This document shows, one piece after another, positions 1-10,984 of a DNA stretch of 64,000 nt. A model generated the notes under the pieces. The model was not told the DNA's origin. It saw only the letters and a list, made by a program, of their open reading frames with translations, and made no database searches. The position numbers and the translations under genes are program-made. This stretch comes from Rhynchobatus australiae (Eukaryota), in contig JAUZTB010000080.1 in NCBI GenBank assembly GCA_034780895.1, forward strand, positions 16,210,511 through 16,274,510, written 5' to 3'. How positions within the stretch are numbered: position 1 is the stretch's first letter; each line of letters opens with the position of its first letter.

Positions 1-1024
1 AGTGAATCTAGCCCAGGAATCAATTTAGTGAATCTTTTCTGTCAAGTATGATCAAAGCTATACACAGCACTCCAGGTGTAGTCTTACCGATGTTGTGTAC
101 ATATGTAGCAAGACTTCCCCATGTCCTTCTTCCATTCTTCTTACAAGGCCAAGATTCCATTTATCTTCCTGGTTCACTGGCACATCTGCGTGTCTACTTC
201 ATGCTTCTGGTACAAGGACACCCGCCGTGTCTATTGCCTCCTACCACAGTGGATGCCCTCACATTTCCCTACATTATTCTCCGCCTAACATCTTTAATCC
301 CCACTTAATCTTTGCCGATTTTGAATCCTCCTCACAACTTACTTTCATCTATCATGAACACAGATATTAAGTAGACTGATTCCTGTGGTAGCTCACTAGT
401 TACAGCCTGCCAACCCAGAAGTGACCCATTCATCCCCGTGATTTTGTAAGTTAGCCAATCTTCTATATCCCATTAAAACCATCTTTGCGGTATTTTCTTG
501 ATTGCTTTCTGGAAATCCAGATAACCACACTGACTCATTGCCTTTGTCCACTCTATGGTTACATCTTGAAAGGTCAGTACTATCATAAAAACACAATTTC
601 TCATTCATAAATCAATGTCGATTCTGCCGAACTGCAATACCATTTTCCAAGCAACTTGTTACTACTACTTTATGATGGACTCTAGGACCAACATTAGGTT
701 CAAAAATCTGAAGGTACTGAAAATCAAGAATAAAACCAGAAATTGCTGGAAATCCTCAGGTCCGGCAGCATTGTGAAGTGAGAAGGAGTTAATATTTTAG
801 GCTGATGTCCTTCCATCAGAAGAGAAAATCCGTGATAAGCTGGAGGCTTTGTGTGAAGACAGATACAAATTATTTGTTTAACATTTTGCCATTTTCTTAT
901 TCTCCATTAATTCCCACCTCTGCTTCTAGCGGACCAGCATTTACGTTTGCCAATCCCTTCCTTTGTTACATACATTCCTTACTTCTTGTACTTAATTACC
1001 AAACTTTTTGTTAACCTTGGAGAC

Positions 1025-1155
1025 AACAAGAGACTGCAGATGCTGGAATCTGGAGCATTTGGAGTCTTGATGCAGGGTTTTGACCTAAAACGTTGATGAC
1101 AACTTTCCTTCTCCAGATGCTGCTTGACCCACTGAGTTACTCCAGCAGATTGTTT
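1025..1155 (+). mobile_element. Penelope pLTR-derived short repeat with degenerate hammerhead motif
   Basis: gagtcttgatgcagggttttgacctaaaacgttg...gatgctgcttgacccactgagttactccagca is similar to 33388-33480. Confidence 0.65.
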
Positions 1156-1564
1156 TAGTTAATCTTTGCTGGTTCCTAAAATTCTCCCATCCCCTATTCT
1201 TATTATAAGCCTTTATTTTAACCACAGACTTTTCCCACCCTTCCCATATTTTGATGAGAATAATGAAATATTTCTTTAAATGTGCAACTGTTTATCTCCC
1301 ATCTTAACTTTAATCTAATTTCACCATCCATTATTACTTGTATTCCATTTGTACCCACGTCATTTCATTATTTAAGATGTGGACTTCACTCTCAAACTGA
1401 ATGTAAAATTATATCCATGTTCTGATCATTCATCTCAAAAGGATCCCATACCAATCAATTCTGCCTCATAACATTTAACTAGATACAAAACACTTGGTCC
1501 TACAATAATTGTCTGAGGAATCTCCTGTCTCATTCTTGAATCATTGCAGCTAGTTTCATAAAAG

Positions 1565-2050
1565 TGATCATGCCAACCTACGCTAGTCCCACTTGCCCAC
1601 GTTTGGCCCATATCTCTCTAAAACTTACCGATCCATGTACCTGCCCAAGTACCTTTTAAATGTTAATGCACCTGTCTCAACCACTTCCTCTGGCAGCTCG
1701 TTCCATATCCTGACCACCCTCTGGATAAAAAAGTTGCCCCTCAGGTTACTATTAAATCTTTCCCCTCTCACCTTAAACCACCTTGATTCCCTAACCCTGG
1801 GAAAAAGACTGTGTGAATTCACCCTGTCAATGCCCCTCATGATTTTACACACCTCTTTAAGATTGCCCCTCATTCTCCTATGCTCCAGTGAAAAATGTCC
1901 CGATCTGCTCAACTTTTCTCCATTACTCAGTCCCTCTAGTCTCGGCAACATCCTCGTAAATCTCCTCTGCACCCCTTCCAGCTTAATGGCATCTTTCCTA
2001 TAGCAGGGAGACCAAGACTGAACACAATATTCCAAATGTAGCCTCCCCAA
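1565..2050 (-). mobile_element. CR1 LINE 3' fragment (end of ORF2)
   Basis: HLEYCVQSWSP..KLEGVQRRFTRMLP..RGNFFIQRVVRIWNELPEEVV is the typical CR1 ORF2 C-terminus. Confidence 0.9.
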
Positions 2051-2189
2051 TGTCTAGAGTTGGTAATTGGGAGCACTCGTTTGCTTTGCCACATCAGAAA
2101 CATAAGTCAAGGCCAGGTAGCACAATCAAGACCCTTAGATCTTATTGGTCCCATCCAACAGGAACCAATGTACAATCAGCAGCAAACTC

Positions 2190-2907
2190 CATTACTGTTG
2201 TAAACAATTTAATAACTATATATAATATTATATAATATATATATATTGAATAAAACACCAAACATAACTCAACATACATGGGCGAGCTCTCACCACTATA
2301 CTGTCCTGCCATGGTCAGCCAATGGAGGAGGAAGGGACAGAGAAACAGGGGAAAAAAAAAAGGTATTTTAAAACCAAGAGTCACCGATATATTTAAAATA
2401 AAAAATAAAATATATAATCTAGGCGATCCATCCTCTCAGACTGAAGCCATTTACATCAGGAGATTGAGCCAAGGACGGTCCAGGGTGCGGGGCCCAGCTC
2501 TGGGTCTCTGCAAGGTTAGGGGAAGGGGGTGGTTTCAGCAGAATCTCCCCCGTCCCCACCCTGGACACCCCACCCTTTCCAGTCGGGATGGCTTCTTGTT
2601 GTTTTGTTCACTGCCCTGTGGTTTCTGGATGTCGGGGCTGCAAGCGCACAGGTCNNNNNNNNNNNNNNNNNNNNNNNNNNNNNNNNNNNNNNNNNNNNNN
2701 NNNNNNNNNNNNNNNNNNNNNNNNNNNNNNNNNNNNNNNNNNNNNNNNNNNNNNCAGGTCCAGGGTTATTTTTGCTCCAAGTCCTTTAACTGGCAATTCT
2801 GTGATTGCAGTAAACAGTGGGCGCTCCGGGGCTGACAGACACACCCAGGGAGTCGCCCTGTCCGATTGCAGAATCATGTCGGATTCACCGTCTCTCAACA
2901 GGAGGAC
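2190..2907 (-). other. TCF20: TCF20 terminal 3'UTR exon
   Basis: Acceptor ggcttgctccctgcag|GTCCTCC at 2907. The sequence is non-repetitive with an AT-rich end. A minus-strand ATTAAA polyA-signal candidate lies at 2208-2213. The 3' end is approximate. Confidence 0.7.
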
Positions 2908-3290
2908 CTGCAGGGAGCAAGCCAGAAAATAGGAGTCAGACAAAGGATTCTGCTCTGCCCTTACAACCCTGCATGACTGCCCCATTCCATTGATCAACTC
3001 TTGTACTTAACCCCATCCTAGCAACACTGCTCATGTCCTACACCCACTCATTCTCCCGCTTGCATAGTAACACAGCCTCTGTACCCTGACCCTTCACTGT
3101 GTACCCTTGCAAACTGCACATCCTCATCCCGTCCCCTAAACTCCTCTGCATATCCTGCACCTGAATTTTATCCCTTTCCCTACCCCTCTCCCAAATTTAC
3201 TTGGCACTCTTCCCCACCGCCCCCTTCACGAGTTATTCACGGCCTGCTCACCTGCTTGTGCTGTGTCCGTGGAGAAGTGGAGGCCTGTGC

Positions 3291-3338
3291 TCAGCCTCGC
3301 TCCGACTGCTCTGTACTGCTACCTTTTGTAGCCCTGTG
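3291..3338 (-). CDS. TCF20: TCF20 last coding segment HRATKGSSTEQSERG* (exon 3252-3338)
   Basis: Acceptor ttctctctccag and TGA at 3291-3293. The exon runs on to a CAG|gtgagc donor at 3251. The human protein as recalled ends KTAKGSLSTEQSERG. Confidence 0.92.
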   Translation of the reverse strand, partial: HRATKGSSTEQSERG

Positions 3339-3411
3339 CTGGAGAGAGAAAGCCCTGCAATTTAACTTATTCCTTCCTTTGTAACATGTGCCTGAAGCTG
3401 GTAGAAGAGGT

Positions 3412-3552
3412 AATTTATTTATTATTGTCACATGTACCAAGGTACAGTGGAAAAACTTTGTTTTGCGTGCTGTCCGTACAGATCATTTCAAAACATAAGT
3501 ACATCAAGGTAGTACAAAGGGAAAGCAATAACAGAATGCAGAATATAGTGTA
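3412..3552 (-). mobile_element. 3' tail of a Rex1/Babar-like LINE
   Basis: Reverse-complement match to the tail at 50140-50290. Confidence 0.6.
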
Positions 3553-4713
3553 GATTTAAACAAGTTGAATGATTACAATAGATGTAATGAATAGATCTGT
3601 GGAGAGCAGCTTGCAAAGAGTCGCCATGCTCTGGTGTCATCTTGGCCAGTTAATGAAACTGACGAAATTATGATAGGAGACAAAAGCTACGAGTATTAAG
3701 AAAGCAAAATAAACCACAAGTGTGGCTCGGACTAGAGTACCGTGGCCAATTGGTGGCACCACAGTTTTATGATCACATAGGCTTGGCAGAAGGCACAACA
3801 CAGATTTCCCAGAAAGGCTATGGGGATAAAAGACTGGAGGTAAATGGATAGACTGGAGATTGCGTGTTAAGTAGAGAAGCACCCATGAGGAGATTTGATG
3901 GAGGTGTTTATTTGAAGAGTTGAAATGATAAGGAAGAGTTTCAAAAGGCTGAATGGTGGAGAGCCAGATGAAACAGTTAACACAGCAAGGAGGAGACACG
4001 AGAGACTGCAGAAATGTGAGGCATCACACAAAGGCGATGGAGGAACTCAGCGGGTCAGGCAGCAACTATGGAGGGAAATGGCCAGTCGACCCGATGGAAA
4101 AGGGTTGACCTGAAANNNNNNNNNNNNNNNNNNNNNNNNNNNNNNNNNNNNNNNNNNNNNNNNNNNNNNNNNNNNNNNNNNNNNNNNNNNNNNNNNNNNN
4201 NNNNNNNNNNNNNNNNNNNNNNNNAAAAAAGAGAGAAGGGACGGAGGATGGGTGTGGAATAGCTCATGCAATAAGGAATTACAAATTGGGTGGGGATAGC
4301 AGATTCAATGGGAATATTGGGAAAGAACCACAGACAACTCTTTAAAAGAGCCAGAACAAATTTGATGGGCTGAAGGCCCTCTTCCCAGAAGTAGTGACAA
4401 CTCTGGGGTAAATGGTCTACACAAAAACAAAACCCACCTGCCCCAAACTTGGGGGCATTAATCTCAAAACATTGCATAAACTGGGAAGTACACTGATGGG
4501 TGGTACAGACAACTTGATCACACAGGACAGGAGATGGGACGGTGCAGAGACACTCGTCTTTCACCTCTGTATCTAAGCCACAATGTACCTGCCCTGGGAG
4601 AGCCTGGGGACAGGGAGTGATGGGAAGAGGAAGGGGAGGGGAGGAACACAGGGCTTCATCTTCCAGCTGTCTCCCCATTTAGGAATGCAGATTACCAGGT
4701 TGAATTGACTTAC

Positions 4714-4763
4714 CTTGTGTTTGGGACATTTCATGGAGAAATTCTCTTCATTCAGAAAGCAAT
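4714..4763 (-). CDS. TCF20: TCF20 coding exon (50 nt), DCFLNEENFSMKCPKHK
   Basis: Acceptor ctttcag and donor gtaagt. The phase is compatible with the 94-nt exon. Matches recalled human DCLLHEENFSVRCPKHK. Confidence 0.95.
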
Positions 4764-6729
4764 CTGAAAGAGAAAATATTGTGATGAATTGGCGCTAGTG
4801 AATTCTGAAGCCTGGATGGGTACAGCAAAGGAGGATGAGAACTGAGAGAGTGCCACACTAAATATGTGGGGTTGGGAGTGTGTCACAAAGCGTTTTCTGG
4901 CCAAATGTTCTATAGCAGACATTTATGTTCAATACAAGACAACACACCCTTCTATTGTTTTCACCATGCATTCATCTATTTTACTCTTAACTTCATTGTT
5001 AATCACCTGGACCATTCCTGTAGGAGCAACTTCCAAACCCTCACCAATCTAAGTGAAGAATCTTGTTTCAAATTCTCTCCTGATGTATGATCTTTATGTC
5101 AGCTATCTGATTATGGTCTCACCCACAAATGGAAAACCCCTTCTCTATGTCCACCCTACCCTCTGCCATAATCTTAAGACCTCATCAGTTCATTGCTTGT
5201 CCTGTCCTTTCTCCAGAAAAGTTTCATTCTGTTTTTCCTGGCACCATGTGGATTTTTTTTTAAAAACATCTTCACTGTTGTCTCCACATACGTTTAAATA
5301 CAAAGACCAGAACTATTCAGAGGACAGCGTGCCCATTAAACTATTTATGTGTTTAGCATAACTTCTCTACTTTTCAATTCTCTCCAGAAATTAGGTTTTC
5401 TTTTGAAAATAATGTCCTGTGTTGCTACTTTTAGTGGTCTGCACCTCATTCTGGCCTTACTTCCCCTTTCTATTCCTCTAATTCAGTTTGCATCCAAGCT
5501 GATTAGTAATTTTTTTTTAATTACGTCTTTGATTATTTTTCCTGTCATCAGTCTTAAACTAATTGGTCTTAAGTGTGAGTTTGTTCTATATCCTTTTTTA
5601 ACTATGGGAATCACATTTGTTCATCATTCCTCAGGCACTACTGCCTTAATATTTACAGGATATGGGCAGCAAATAGCACCTCTGCTCCAACCTCTCAATA
5701 TGCAGATATAGCAGATCTGGATGAGTCTGATTAAAATTTTAATCAATTATTTCTCCACTCCCTAACTTAAATGTCCAGATATCCTTTTGTTCTAACACCA
5801 CATCCATTGTGTCCAATACCCGTAACTACTTATTACTGCCATTTTAAAGTCACTACTTAGAAGTTACCCCTAATCTGATTTTTCTTTTGACCTGAAGTAC
5901 TTGTGGCAAGCTTTGTATCCTCCAATAATTTAATTCTATATTTGTTTTTGTCTCTCTTGTTTGATTTTTCTTCCCNNNNNNNNNNNNNCTTCACTCATTC
6001 ACTAATGCCATTATAGGCTGGTTAATCTTGTTTTGGTGAGATACTCTTTTCCTGGATTCACTTGATCAGAGTTTTAAATGTTTCTAATTATTCTTCTATG
6101 TATCATTCATTTTTACCATCATTGTCCGGGCACTTGCGTACACCTTCAATGTTGTTTTTTGTGCTCCATTTCTAAATATTTCTTTTATAATTTACTTTCT
6201 CTTTCTAAAGAAAAAAGGACCATGGTTTCCTAATGTTTATACTCAACTCCTAATGCTATTTCTTTCAGATTCATAACATTATCACCAGAATTAACAAAGC
6301 AGCACTCAATTTACCTTTGCCACTGGAACTGACCCCACTGGCTCAGCTGGAGCCTGTTCCAGTGGTACAGGAGGATGAGGAACATGCAAAGTTACGGATA
6401 ACAGATTAAGTACAACAGCTCCAAGCAAGGATGGGAATGATGGGCTGAATGGTACTTTTCTAGGTTTTGACAATCTGTGCACTGGACAATGCAACTGGAG
6501 CCAGTGGTCAAGTGTACCAAGTGACAAAGCCTGCACTGGGCTAAATACTAGCAGTGTAGGGCTCGTGCTGGATTTGGTTCAGATTGGTTCCACAGTCTCC
6601 CTGCCCTTCAGCAGTGTCTGCTCTGGCTGCACACCGTGCACTTGCCTTTCCCGGCAGACAGGCCAACTTCTCGACTCGTGACCTGTGACCATGAAGCCCA
6701 TCACCCTCCCCGGTCCTCACCACCATTAC

Positions 6730-6823
6730 CTGCTTCCATAGCACAGATGTAGTGATAGTTGAGTGGGCATCCCTTGCAGTAGCAGCCCAGGGTAGCGCCA
6801 GGCTCCTGGCAGTGTGAGCATTT
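6730..6823 (-). CDS. TCF20: TCF20 coding exon (94 nt), PHD finger [31 protein letters not shown]
   Basis: Translated by hand, with acceptor cccccag and donor gtaatg. It continues in phase 0 from ...EMAREM and matches recalled human [31 protein letters not shown]. Confidence 0.95.
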
Positions 6824-7364
6824 CTGGGGGGAGATAAGAGGACACAGAAGTGAGGGAGAGCTCGAGTATCAGAGCAGCGGAATAAAACTGTGACTGCAGC
6901 GCCCCAGCAAGCAGTGGGACAGCAGTAGCCCTTCAGGAACCTTTCTTCCACCAGCATCTACACCACTGGGCACAGGTGCCACCTGTTTATATCACGGAAC
7001 TTAGTAAATTTCAGAGGCAACATCTCTGCTGGGTACCAACATACTGCAGAAGGTTACTTCCAATATACAGAGAGAGGAATGGCATCCTCCTTGACAAGCC
7101 CCTAGGTGCAAGCTTGTTTTATTCCCAGCAGTAGGTAAGGGAGAGAAACAGGGCAGCATAGGGGTGAAGGAGGCCGGATTAGGCAGAGGGATGCGAGTAG
7201 GTGGAGGGAGGGCAGGCAGATGGGAGGCTCAGGAGGAGGAAGTGCTCAGTGTACCAGCTGACAGGAGACGTGAAAGTGAGCGGAATCTTACACAAAAGGA
7301 ACAAACTAGTGCAGAGAAAAAAAATGGTATAATATGTAGAATGTGAAAACAGTGGGATGATTTT

Positions 7365-7690
7365 ATTTATTCATTCAAGGGACGTGGGCTTTGCAGGCTG
7401 AGCCAGTGTTTAATTGCCCTTGAAAAGGTGGTGGTGAGCTGCCTTCTTGAACCACTGCAGTCCCTGAGGTGTGGGTGCACCCACAGTGCTGTTAAGGAGA
7501 GTTGCAGGAAATTGACGGTGAAGNNNNNNNNNNNNNNNNNNNNNNNNNNNNNNNNNNNNNNNNNNNNNNNNNNNNNNNNNNNNNNNNNNNNNNNNNNNNN
7601 NNNNNNNNNNNNNNNNNNNNNNNGAAGGAACGGTGATATATTTCCAAGTCAGGATGATGTGTGGCTTGGAGGGCAACTTCCAGGTGGAAA
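7365..7690 (-). mobile_element. CR1/L2-group LINE 3' fragment
   Basis: Closely similar to 10420-10660 (gaaggtggtggtgagctgccttctt...ggagggcaacttcca). Confidence 0.7.
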
Positions 7691-8871
7691 TTAATTTTAC
7701 AGGATGATGCAACAGTATTAACATAAATGCAAGATAAGATCAAAAGAATGAATAGCAGTGGTCTAAACACAATTTTCCCCTATTATTTGCAGAGGGTTGT
7801 GATCGCCATCCTGGTTAACAGCCTGGCTATTTGCAGGTGAATTCACTCTAATGAAGGAGTGTTACTTATACTGTGGATCACAGCTAGTGCTCTGCATCGA
7901 TCAGTCAATTCCACTTGCACAGGCCCAGTGACAAGTGAACAGATGCTGCTGTTTGTTAACAGACCAACACAGGAGTAGAGGATTCCTGGCACTTTTTCCA
8001 GATTTTTAAACGGTAGAGTGCTCCTCATGGGTGGGAGGGTTTCTGCCTGTGATGCTGCTGTCTGCAGGCTCTGATAACCCTTCAATTATATCATCCTAGT
8101 GATGTGCACTTTTCCTGTGCCATGACAGATATCAATGACTACCATCTAATCCACTTATCATCAGCCCAGTACTAAAACACTGGCAGCTGCAGAAAATCTC
8201 AAGGACCCAGAAAAGATACCTCTTCTTAGAAAGCACCTCAGAAACAACCTAACTCAGCTCAGGCAACAGGAAACCACAGTGCCCACAGCATCTGCACTGC
8301 CCTGAAGTCCACCATGATCAGCACCTGTGAAGAGACTCTTGGCTCCTGACTGATCAGGAGATCCAGGAGCTAATTATCCAGAGGTGCACAGTGTGCTTGG
8401 ATTGGAAACTCCAGCATGTCTCAAGGAGAAGGAAACAGGCACCTGAAGGCCAAGGATCAACAGAAAACCTGTGACCTAAGGAACAGGTGGTGGGTAGAAA
8501 GAACACAGGTGAGTCAGCAGCTACAAAAACCCAGAACAGGCACAGATTCTTCAGTACTGTCAGCACAAAAACCTACCACCATAACAGAGTCTGCTCTGCC
8601 ATTCAATGGGATCATGGCTAATCTTTTATCTCAGTGCCCATTAATCTGTAAATTTCAACATCTATTGATCTCTGTTGTGAATATATTCACTCAGCCTCCA
8701 CAGCCACTTTGGGCAGAAATTCCCAAAGATTTATTATCCGCGTGAAGAAAGTTCTTCTCTCTTTTCTAAATGCCAACCTATTTTTCTTTTCAAGTCTGTG
8801 ATGCCTGGTTTTACACCTCAGCCGGGGGGATTATCAACTCCACATCTGCCCTGTCAAGCCTCTTAAGAATT

Positions 8872-9076
8872 TAGAAATAGAAACAAAATGCACTCAGCAG
8901 GATGGGAGTTTGTGTGGGGAGAGAAACAGAGTTAACATTTCAGGTTGGAGACCCTTCATCGATGTTTTGTTGAAGGATCTCTGAGCAGAAACTTTAAACC
9001 TGTTTCTCTTTCCTGACCCGCTGAGCATTTCTAGCAATTGGTGTTTTTATTTCAGATTTCCAGCACCCACAGGTTT
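8872..9076. mobile_element. Foldback element of two inverted Penelope-pLTR halves
   Basis: agagaaacagagttaacatttc...gacccttcatc is inverted against ttgaaggatctc...gaaactttaaacctgtttctct. It is flanked by ttaagaatt at 8863-8871 and 9077-9085. Confidence 0.65.
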
Positions 9077-9356
9077 TTAAGAATTCTGTAGGCTTCAACA
9101 AGATTATATTTCAATCTTCTGAACTCCAAAGAGTACAGGCCTAATGTGATTAATCTCTCATTTGACAAACTTGCCATTCGTAGGAATCAATGTTAAACCT
9201 TCACTGAATTCCCTCCATCATAAATATATCCTCCTTTAATTAGTCAGGCCATACCTTTACACAACATTACTGCTGCAATCTCACATGCACTCTATGTAAT
9301 TGGAGCGAAACGTGCTTACTTTTGGACTCAAATCATCTTGCAATAAGGGCCAACAT

Positions 9357-9565
9357 AAAGCTTGATTTTCAAATTTCAGAAGTTGGAAATCTGAAATGAA
9401 ACAGGCAATGTTGGAAATATTCAGGTCATGCAGCATCTACAGACAGAAAAACAGAGTTAAACATTTCAGGTCATTGCCCTTCATCATTGACCTGAAATAT
9501 TAACTGTTTCTTTCAAAAGGTTGCTGCCTGACCAGCTGCGATTTCCAGCATTTTCTCATTTTATT
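9357..9565. mobile_element. Foldback element of two inverted Penelope-pLTR halves
   Basis: Perfect 11-bp inner stem atttcaggtca (9463-9473) / tgacctgaaat (9488-9498). Outer arms aatgttggaaat / atttccagcatt. Flanked by ccaacat at 9350-9356 and 9566-9572. Confidence 0.75.
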
Positions 9566-10414
9566 CCAACATGCTATTTGCCTTCCTAATTACTTGCTGT
9601 ACCTGCAAGTTAACTTTATGATTCATGAACAAGGACACAAGGGTCCCTCTGAGACTTCACACCATTTAAAAATACACCAGAGCCACTGGCAATCTAGTTA
9701 GATCCTCAAGAAGCTAACGCATCGTCAAACATGGTTTCCCTTTCACAAGTCTGTACCCACTGCCCAATCATTATTTTCTGAGTGCCTCGTTATCACTTCC
9801 TTAATAGCAGATTCTAACATGTCCCCTACCAAGATGATGACAGATTAACTGTTCTATAAATTCATTTTCTCTCTCCCTCTAAGCACCAAGGTTCCCTTTG
9901 CTACCTTCTAATCTGTGGGAACTGCATAAGAATCCATGGAACTTCAGAAGACGACAACCGGTGCATCCAATAGTCTGCAGGTCATCAGATCCCGGGGATT
10001 GATCACTTTTCAGTCCCATCAATTTCTCCAATTATTTTTCCCCAAAACTAATGCTCTGCTTCAGTTATTTCAGAACCGTTGTTCTCCATTATCTTCGGGA
10101 GGTTTCCCATGTCTTTGTCATGAAGACGGACACTAAATTTCTCTGCCATTTCCTTCTCCCACCCACTTTAATTCCCTTTGCTTCAGTCTAGGGGATCAAC
10201 ATTAATCTTTTCCTGTATCTATAAAAGCTCAGTCGGTTTGCTTACTCCCTTTGCTTTTGATGCCTTGGGTCTTCCATTTGATGAATTCCGAACTTTTCCC
10301 AAACCTTGCTCTTACTGACTTTTTTTGGTAGCAATACGTTTTCTCCTTTGACCCACATCTACCTTTAACTTTTCTTGATAGATACACTCGTGGCACTGTC
10401 CTGTCTTTTTTTAA

Positions 10415-10925
10415 ATTATTCATTCAAGGGATGTGAGCTCTGCAGGCTGAGCCAGCATTTAATTGCCCAGGCCTAATTGCCTTTGAGAAGGTGGTGGTGA
10501 GCTGCCTTCTTCAACCGTGTCATCCTCTAGGTGTGGGTGTACCCACAATGCTGTTAGGGAGAGAGCTCCAGGATTTTGACCCAGCAACAGTGAAGGAACA
10601 GCAATATATTTTCAAGGCAGGATGGTGTGCGGCTTGGAGGGCAACTTCCAGCTGGTGGTGCTCCATGTTTTTACTGCCTTTGTCCTTCTAGCTGGTAGAG
10701 GTCTTGGGTATGGAAGGTGCTGTCTAAGGAGTCCTGATGAGTTGCAGTGCATCCTGTAGATGATACAAGCCACTGCTACTGTGTGTTGGTGGTGAATGAC
10801 TGTGGATGAGATGCTAATCAAGTGGGCTGCTATGCCCTGTATGGTGTTGAGCTTCTTGAGTGTTGTTGAAGCTGCATTCATCCAGGCAAGTGGAGAGTGT
10901 TCCATCACACTTGTAAACTGCATGT
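10415..10925 (-). mobile_element. CR1/L2-group LINE 3' end
   Basis: Peptide VMEHSPLAWMNAASTTLKKLNTIQ..AAHLI..HHQHTVA. Related copies lie at 7365, 44250-45070 and 54110-54760. Confidence 0.75.
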
Positions 10926-10984
10926 TTTTAAAAAATTGCTAGCTATCACTGGTTTACTGACATATTTAACGTAGCTTTGTGGGT

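Larger units (their letters stand above)
8570..10400 (-). mobile_element. Degenerate CR1 LINE, interrupted by two foldback insertions
   Basis: CR1 minus-strand hallmarks (ccctgtcaagcctcttaagaat, caataagggccaacat, gtcaaacatggtttccctttc). Confidence 0.65.

Noticed and set aside
6312-6400. Possible extra minus-strand exon ending AAAG|gtaaat
   Set aside because: It is not needed for frame continuity between the 94- and 50-nt exons, has no clear acceptor, and shows no TCF20 similarity.
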